A stretch of DNA of 28,363 bases from Octopus sinensis. Lineage: Eukaryota. The DNA is taken from positions 1-28,363 of the forward strand of contig NW_021836535.1 of NCBI RefSeq assembly GCF_006345805.1, read 5' to 3'. Of the stretch, positions 20,419 through 28,363 are shown in pieces. Numbering within the stretch: the stretch's first letter is position 1; every line of letters begins with the position of its first letter. A model generated the notes under the pieces. The model worked only from the letters and a program-made list of their open reading frames with translations. It was not told the origin of the DNA and searched no databases. Position numbers and translations under genes: made by a program.

Positions 20419-20604
20419 TCATCATCATCATCATCATCAATCATTTAGCGTCCGCTTTCCATGCTAGCATGGGTTGGACGGTTCAACTGGGGTCTGGGAA
20501 GCCCGAAGGCTGCATCAGGCCCAGTCTGATCTGGCAGTGTTTCTACGGCTGGATGCCCTTCCTAACGCCAACCACTCCATGAGTGTAGTGGGTGCTTTTT
20601 ACTT
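20419..20604 (-). mobile_element. Short RTE 3'UTR copy with (GAT)n tail
   Basis: Collinear with 18452-18630. Confidence 0.88.
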
Positions 20605-21399
20605 GAGATAACACTCTTCTACAGAGAGGAGAGATGAGGAGAGTAAACAGATGGAGAGAGGCAAAAAATGGAGAGAAAAAAAACATGTGGCTGAATTAAT
20701 GGATGGTTACTACATGTTGTACAGACCAGAAGAGAAAGGAAGGGCATGGGTGGCAAGGCAGACAACAGTGACCTGGCAAAGATGTGTTGATTGTGTGTGT
20801 GTGTGTGTTGATAATGTGTGCATGTGTATATGTATGTGCGAGCGGGTGTGTGAGTATGAAGCTTAAGTCTGTGTGTGTATGTGTTTGCATGTGTATGTGA
20901 GTACATGTGAGTTGCATGTGTGTGTGTATGTATGCGGATAAGTACATGTACATGTGTGTGTGAGTGAGTGTGTATAGTAATGTGTGCACGTGCCTCTTTC
21001 CATGTGCCATTTGTACAAACATCGGTGATCATGGACCTCCATGCCAAAGTCTGAACATTCGTGATTTTTCTTGGAACAGACACATCAGGGGTTTCCTGTT
21101 GCCCTCTGTCAGTCTGCTCTGCTAATCTCCAGTTTTCTCCAAGTTTATTTTTGAGGCAGGGGTGGGGGTGAGGGAACTGGTTCAGAAGACACCAGGGCAT
21201 GTCCACACATACATATATACGCCTGTGTGAAATGTGCCCAGGGTTCCAGCTCTCCTTTGAGTCCTGTATGCCTTAATCACAGAACTGTGTTGAATGCCCC
21301 CCCGAGACAGATAGAGACAGGATGTTCAAAGATGAAATGTATTTGGTCAAGCCTGACCAGAGACTAAATGACAACAATATCATGAAGACCACAACTAAC

Positions 21400-22040
21400 A
21401 AAGCAACTACAATGATGACGATGATGACCACCACCACCAACTACATCCACCGCTGCTATGACCTTCACCTCCGCCAAGACCAACAGGAACAATAAAAACA
21501 AAACAATGCAATAGAACACCACCACTATTATCACCACCACCACCACCACCACCACCACCACCACCATCACCACCACCACCACCACCACCACCACCACCAC
21601 TCCAACCACCACCATCACCACCACCACCACCACCACCACCACCACCACTCCAACCACCACCATCACCACCACCACCACAACCACCACCACCACCACCACC
21701 ACCACCACCAACCACCACCACCATCACCACCACCACCAACCACCACCACCACCACCACCACTCCAACCACCACCACCACCACCACCACTCCAACCACCAC
21801 CACCACCACCACCACCACCAACCACCACCACCATCACCACCACCACCACCACCACCACCACCACCATCACCACCACCACCACCACCACCAACCACCATCA
21901 CCACCACCACCCCACCACCATCACCACCACCACCACCACCACCACCATCCCACCACCACCACACCACCACCACCACCACCAACCAACCACCACCACCATC
22001 ACCACCACCAACCACCACCACCACCACCACCACCACCTCC
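21400..22040 (+). repeat. (CAC/CCA)n microsatellite
   Basis: Direct reading. Confidence 0.95.
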
Positions 22041-22849
22041 TCCTTCTGCCATGTCATGAATTATTACTAGTCCACTACAAACTGTGCTCAGTCTTGCAAT
22101 GTAGTCCGTCTTCCGGAAGCAATTCTCCTGGATATATGACATGATGGACGGTGGGGAGGGTGGGCTGGGGGTGGGGGCGGAGAGAAGTTGGCCAGAGACG
22201 GGTGGAGGACGGTGGTGGTGGTGGTAGATAACATGGCTGACCAGAGAAGAGAGTAGAGGAGGGTGGAGGTGAGGAGGGGCGTTTACAGAAAACAATTAGT
22301 GCTAACTGAAGCGTGTATGCACACGCATGTGTATGAGCGTGTGTGTGTGTATGTGTGTGCATACGTGTGTGTGTGTGTGTGTGCATACGTGTGTGTGTGT
22401 GAGTATGTATGAGTATATGTGTGAGTATGAATGTGCGTGTCTGTGTGTGGGCGTGCATGTGCATGCATGAGTGTGTATGTGTATGTGTTGGGTATGCGTG
22501 AGTATACATGTGAGTATGAATGTGTGTGTCTGTGTGTGGGTGTGTAAGAGAGTGTGTGTGTGGGTGTGTAGGTGTGTGTGTGTGCATGTGCAAGCCACAG
22601 GTTGTTGTCATTTAGACCAAAATTAGCTGCAACTGCTGCTGCTGTTGTTGTTGTCTATAACCCTAGGTCATCTATCCCTGGTCCAGTAGATCAATAATCA
22701 AAGGTGTTCCAGCCACAACTACTTCTTTACCTTTTTCTTCTTCAGTCATAATGTATCTAGGACTAAACTAATCAAAGTTCCCTTCTTTGTTTTCAAGATG
22801 GTGGCGGTGTGGTTGAGTGTGGTACGGTGAGGTGGGGTGTGGCTTTTGC

Positions 22850-23565
22850 CAGTCGTTGTGTTCTGAGTTCAAATTCCGCCAAGGTCGACTTCGCTTTTCA
22901 TTATTTCGGGGTCGATAAAACAAGGACCAGTTGAACACTGTGGTCAATGTAATCGACTCATCTTACCCCCCCACCACAAATTACTGCCCTTGTGGAAAAA
23001 TTTGAAACCATTATTATTATAATAATTAAGGTAGTCAAATGGCAGAATTGTTGGTACACTGGACCAAATGCTTAGTGGTATTTCACCTGTTGTTATATCC
23101 TGAGTTCAAATTCTGCCAAGGTCGACTTCACCTTTCATTCTTTCAGGGTTGATAAATTAAGTACCAGTTATGCACTGGGGTTGATGCAATCGACTTACCC
23201 CTTCTCCCACCAAATTTCAGGCTTAGTGCCTATAGCATTTTGTTTGTTCCTTCTTGAGCCATGCCTGGCTCATAAGGGCCGGTTTCCTGGTTTCCTTGGT
23301 GTATAGGTCCCCTCCACTTGGACAGGACGCTGGTCCATTGCAGGTGAGCTGCAAGATGCAGGAGGAAAGAGTGAGGGAAAGTTGTGGCAAAAGAGTCAGC
23401 AGAAGTTCACCATTACCTTCTGCCGGAGCCACGTGGAGCTTAGATGTTTCGCTCATAAGCACACACATTGCCCGGTCTGAGATTCGAACCCGCGATCCTT
23501 CAACCACGAGTCTGCTGCTCTAACCACTAGGCCATGTGCCTCCACTAGTGCCTATAATATACAGG

Positions 23566-23632
<67 letters not shown>

Positions 23633-23835
23633 TCTGGCAAAATCATAAGTATGCCAGACAAAATGCTTAGTAACATTTTGTTCTGAGTTTCAACCATTTA
23701 CATTCTGAGTTCAAATTCTGCCGAGGGTCGACTTTGCCTTTCATTCTTTCAAGGTTGATAAAATAAATACCAGCTACACACTGGGATCGATGTGATTGAC
23801 TCATCCCTGCCCCCCAAAATTGCTGCCCTTGTTGG
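22850..23835 (+). mobile_element. Cluster of three decayed OK-like SINEs (about 22850-23020, 23030-23234 and 23630-23835)
   Basis: Each carries GAGTTCAAATTC.GCC.AGGTCGACTT...TTTCAT...GAT...ACCAG. Confidence 0.8.
23235..23545 (-). mobile_element. OR2-like SINE nested in the tail of an OK-like SINE
   Basis: 11-bp TSD TAGTGCCTATA at 23224-23234 and 23546-23556. Reverse-complement head GTGGAGGCACATGGCCTAGTGGTTAGAGCAGC...GGTTCGAATCTC. Confidence 0.9.
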
Positions 23836-24169
23836 TATTTCTTACAAATTAATCCATCATGCAGAACAAGCATTCGGGGCCACATGGGGGCCACATGGGG
23901 CCACATGCGTCCCTTCGTGACTCCTGTAGGTCGCGCAACCAAAACAGAGAAACGCCGTTGTTGGGTCCCCAATACAATTCCTGCAGTGTTTAATCTCACC
24001 ATTGATGAGGGAAGAACAGGGGAAGGACGGGGGAAGGACGGGGGAAGGACCGGGGCAAGATGGAGACAAGCTTCTTTGAGCAGAATCTTAAACGTCTGAC
24101 AGAAAGTCATGATAGGATCTTTCTGACATCATCAGAAGCCTTTGGTAGAAGAACCAGACAAGTTCAGAA

Positions 24170-24685
24170 GACGTTGGTGGTGGTGGTGGTGGTGGTGGTG
24201 ATGGTGATAGTGGGGGTGATGATGGTGGTGGTGGTGATGGTGGTGGTGGTGGCGGTGATAGTAGTGGTGATGGTAGTGGTGGTGGTGATGGTGGTGGTGG
24301 TAATAGTGGTGGTGATGGTGGTGGTGGTGGTGATGGTGGTGGTGGTGGTGGTGATGGTGGTGGTGGTGATGGTGGTGGTGATGATGGTGATAGTGGGGGT
24401 GATGGTGGTAGTGTGATGGTGGTGGTGGTAGTGGAGATGGTCATGATAGTGGTGGTGGTGGTGGTGATGGTGGTGATAGTGGTGGTGATGGTTGTGGCAG
24501 TGATGGTAGTGGTGGTAATAGTGGTGGTGATGGCGGTGGTGATGGTGGTGGTGGTGGTGATGGTAGTGGAGATGGTCATGATAGTGGTGGTGGTGGTTGT
24601 GGCAGTGATGGTGGTGATGGTGGTGGTGGTGATGGTGGTGGGGATGGTGGTAGTGATGGTGATAGTGGTGTTGGTGGTGGTGGGA
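24170..24685 (+). repeat. (GGT/GAT)n microsatellite
   Basis: Direct reading. Confidence 0.95.
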
Positions 24686-24938
24686 AGTAATATGGAGGAA
24701 TCCCATGTAATTTTAATCCTAAATCTGTTTCTGTTATCAATCTGGTGAGAAGTGGGGATTCGTGTGAATTTATGTAGGGCATGGAAAATAGGGGACAGAT
24801 GGGTGGATGGATGGATGGTTAGATGGGTGAACGTTTAGATGGATTGTGCTGATGGATATTAAAGCTGTGGTGGTGACTCTAGTTGTTGTCAGTGGTGGTG
24901 GCGATGACGACAATGACGACGATGATGATGATGATGAT

Positions 24939-25036
24939 GTAGATAATGTCAATACTGCTGATGGTGGTGGTGGTGGTGGTGGTGGTGATAATGCTGATCA
25001 TAATGGTAACAATAATAATAATGATTGTGGTGGTGG

Positions 25037-25104
<68 letters not shown>

Positions 25105-25201
25105 TAGATAATGTCAATACTGCTGATGGTGGTGGTGGTGGTGGTGGTGGTGATAATGCTGATCATAATGGTAACAATAATAATAATGATTGTGGTGGTG
25201 G

Positions 25202-25254
<53 letters not shown>

Positions 25255-25351
25255 TAGATAATGTCAATACTGCTGATGGTGGTGGTGGTGGTGGTGGTGG
25301 TGATAATGCTGATCATAATGGTAACAATAATAATAATGATTGTGGTGGTGG

Positions 25352-25422
<71 letters not shown>

Positions 25423-25540
25423 TAGATAATGTCAATACTGCTGATGGTGGTGGTGGTGGTGGTGGTGATAATGCTGATCATAATGGTAACAATAATAATA
25501 ATGATTGTGGTGGTGGTGATGATGATGATGATGATGACGA
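24939..25540 (+). repeat. Four-unit minisatellite (periods 165, 150 and 168 bp), each unit containing (GGT)n, (AAT)n and a variable (GAT)n
   Basis: GTAGATAATGTCAATACTGCTGAT starts at 24939, 25104, 25254 and 25422. Confidence 0.95.
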
Positions 25541-26414
25541 TGGTGCTGCTAGTTGTGGTTGTAGTAATGATGGTGATAAAGACGATAACAGAGGCGATGA
25601 TGATGATGATGACGACAACGATGATAATGATGATGACGATAATGATGATGAAGGCAGTGGGAGCAGAGATGCTGTTGGTGGTGCCAGGTTCCTTGTTCCT
25701 CATTTGTACCGATTATGAAGAAGGAAATCTAATATATTAGAAAGAAGATTTCAAAAACTGATAATGTAAATAGTTGCAAATAAAGAAAGAAACCATTTAC
25801 TATATTATGATTATTGTTATCGTTGTTGTTGTTGCTATTGTTGTTGTTATTATTATTATTATTATTACTATTATTATTATTATTATTATTATTATTTGGG
25901 GCTGGGGTTGGGTAGCGTAGGGTAGGGAGAACAAGCAGAGTATGTTGTAAATAAAACAGACTGTACAAGACGACATCAAATATAAGTTTTGCGATTATAA
26001 TCAGAGAGAGGGAGAGAGAGAGAGAGAATGAGTAAGAGAGGGAGAGAGAGAGAGAGAGGGAGAGAAGAGAGAGAGGGAGAGAGAGAGTGAATGAGTAAGA
26101 GAGTAAATGAGTAAGAGAGTAAATGAGTGAGAGAGTGAATGAATGAGAGAGAGAGAGAGGGGGGGAGAAAGAGAGATTCCTGAGGTAAACCATGGAAGAT
26201 GGCACCAAAGCAGAGGAAAAAAAAAACTTGCTGATTCATCATCAGATGTTTTGGAGGGAGAGAGAGAACAAAACCATCACTGGTGTATGAAGAATTACTA
26301 AGAACTAATTACTAAGAAGTTTATTAATCTATCAATTTTCTTAACGAAAACGTATAACCTCCCCTCTCACCTGGTGGTAATTATTTTATTGCCAAGTAAT
26401 GTCCTTTCATCTTG

Positions 26415-26849
26415 AATGAAGACTTAGCCATTTGGCAAACAGAAATGACAAGGGGGGGTGAGAGATGTGGCAATTTGCTGTACTTGATAAGACGCGTCAA
26501 ACTAAGTAAGACCACTGTCTTCCACACATACAGACTTGGCCTTTCAGGTGCCAGTGCCACTTGAAAGGCACCCGTGCCAGTGCTGCGTTGACACACGCAT
26601 GCCAGTGCTGCATTAATGCACCCGTGTTGGTGCTGCATAAACACACGTAAGAAGCGGTGGCCCATAAGAAGCACCCAGCCCACTCTGTAAAGTGGGTGGC
26701 ATCCAGCCATAGAAACCATGCCGCAATGGACACAGCTGGAATTTGGTCAGCTCCCCGCTGGCTAGCTCCATGTCAACTGTCCAACCCATGCCAGCATGGA
26801 GACCGGACATTAAACAACGATGATGATGATGATGATGATGATGATGATA

Positions 26850-26891
<42 letters not shown>

Positions 26892-26902
26892 ATGATGATG
26901 AA

Positions 26903-26936
<34 letters not shown>

Positions 26937-26947
26937 ATGATGATGAA

Positions 26948-27037
<90 letters not shown>

Positions 27038-27064
27038 GATGATGATGATGATGAAGATGATGAA

Positions 27065-27106
<42 letters not shown>

Positions 27107-27140
27107 GATGATGATGATGATGATGATGAAGATGATGATG
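26415..27140 (+). mobile_element. Older RTE LINE 3' end with a (GAT)n tail expanded to about 320 bp
   Basis: 26468-26509 reads WQFAVLDKTRQTK*, homologous to WKYAVREKTRQDK* at 18987-18943. Then GGCACC/GCACCC subrepeats, CCAACCCATGCCAGCATGG and (GAT)n from 26819 to 27140. Confidence 0.8.
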
Positions 27141-27439
27141 GAATCTTTAAAAATCAACAGGACAGTCAAGTTGTTGATCATGGGTCTGCGACATCGAGAC
27201 TGACCTAGGGCTAAAGAACAGCAAGGAGAGGCACATTGGACAGTGTAGTCCTAGATGGACAGTTCTTGTACTTCTTGTTCACAAGACAACGCATTTATGG
27301 CTTTGATTGTGTGCTTGTTCAATCAGGCTTGACCTAGGGCTAAACAACAACCTCTCAGTGAAGCTGCAAGAGGGCAGCACTTACTCCTCCATCCTCACAC
27401 TTTCCTCATGTTACAGCAGCAGACATGACAAATAATACT

Positions 27440-27691
27440 GGAATAATACTGATGATGACGATGATGGTGACTATGATGATGATGGTCATGTTGATGACGA
27501 TGCTGATGTTGATGATGATATTGGTGATGGTGGCGATGGTGTCGATAATGATAGGGGGTGATGACGATGATAATGCTAGTAGTGATGGTAGTGGTAATGC
27601 TGGTGATGATGTTGATGATGGTGATGATGATGAGTACGATAATGAGGACGATGAGGAGGAGGAAAAGGGGTGGTACTGGTGTTAGTGATAG

Positions 27692-27735
<44 letters not shown>

Positions 27736-28363
27736 GTAGTGGTGGTGGTGATGGTGTTGATGATGATGGTGTGATGACGATGATAGTGGTATTAGTGATG
27801 GTAATGGTAATGTTGGTGATGATGTTGATGATGGTGATGATGATGATGAGGAGGAGGAAAAAGAGTGGTGCTGGCGTTAGTAATGATGATGATGATGATG
27901 ATGATATTGGTGATGGTGGCGATGGTGTTGATGATGATAGTAGTAGTAGTGATGGTAGTGGTAATGTTGGGGATGATGTTGATGATGGTAATGATGATGA
28001 TGAGCATGATAATGAGGATGATGAGGAGGAGGAAAAGGAGTGGTGATGGTGCTGGTGTTAGTGATGATGATGATGATGGTGCTAGTGGTAGTGGTAGTGA
28101 TGATAGTGGCAGTGGTGATGATTGTGGTTGTGGTGGTGGTTATGATGATGGGGAAGATGGTGAGGATGATGATGATGGTGGTGGTGGTGGTGGTGATGAT
28201 AGTGGCAGTGGTGGTGATTGTGGTTGTGGTGGTGGTTATGATGACGGGGAAGATGGTGAGGATGATGATGATGGTGGTGGTGGTGGTGGTGATGATAGTG
28301 GCAGTGGTGGTGATTGTGGTTGTGGTAGTGGTGGTTATGATGATGGGGAAGATGGTGAGGACG
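27440..28363 (+). repeat. Compound (GAT/GGT) low-complexity array with higher-order duplications
   Basis: The block at about 27515-27690 recurs at about 27900-28060. An approximately 100-bp unit GATAGTGGCAGTGGT...GGGGAAGATGGTGAGGA occurs three times from about 28100 to the window end. Confidence 0.9.

Noticed and set aside
26371-26420. Minus-strand phase-2 donor CCAG|GTGAGA preceded by QDERTLLGNKIITT, a candidate upstream Insc exon
   Set aside because: There is no credible acceptor, an in-frame stop lies just upstream, spacing to the conserved Trp is wrong, and it abuts an RTE relic.

Overview
Eukaryotic, AT-rich, repeat-saturated genomic DNA. The SINE repertoire and microsatellite load point to an octopus or other coleoid cephalopod (inference). 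The one recognisable host gene is an inscuteable (Insc/INSC) orthologue on the minus strand. The ORF track misses it as a gene, but I rebuilt seven GT-AG exons by hand (17348-17225, 11072-11020, 8236-8122, 6865-6752, 4648-4523, 2648-2477, 1332-1157; 880 nt). Their phases chain without a stop and the protein is collinear with human INSC as I recall it. The N-terminal (LGN/Pins-binding) and C-terminal exons were not found. The introns hold tRNA-derived SINEs (several with 11-16 bp TSDs), RTE and CR1 LINE 3' ends, two Tc1/mariner derivatives, TTAA-flanked piggyBac-like MITEs, a Helitron helicase relic with three nested insertions, a probable non-autonomous Helitron, and large microsatellites. The most unusual objects are (i) a TSD-flanked inverted composite at 3754-4295 joining a tRNA-like B-box head, an (AAT)n spacer and a Penelope-type minimal hammerhead ribozyme tail, and (ii) an inverted pair of about 90% identical RTE 3'UTRs bracketing two Insc exons whose 177-nt circle would be a stop-free ORF. 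All alignments were done by eye and all family names come from recalled knowledge; no searches were run.
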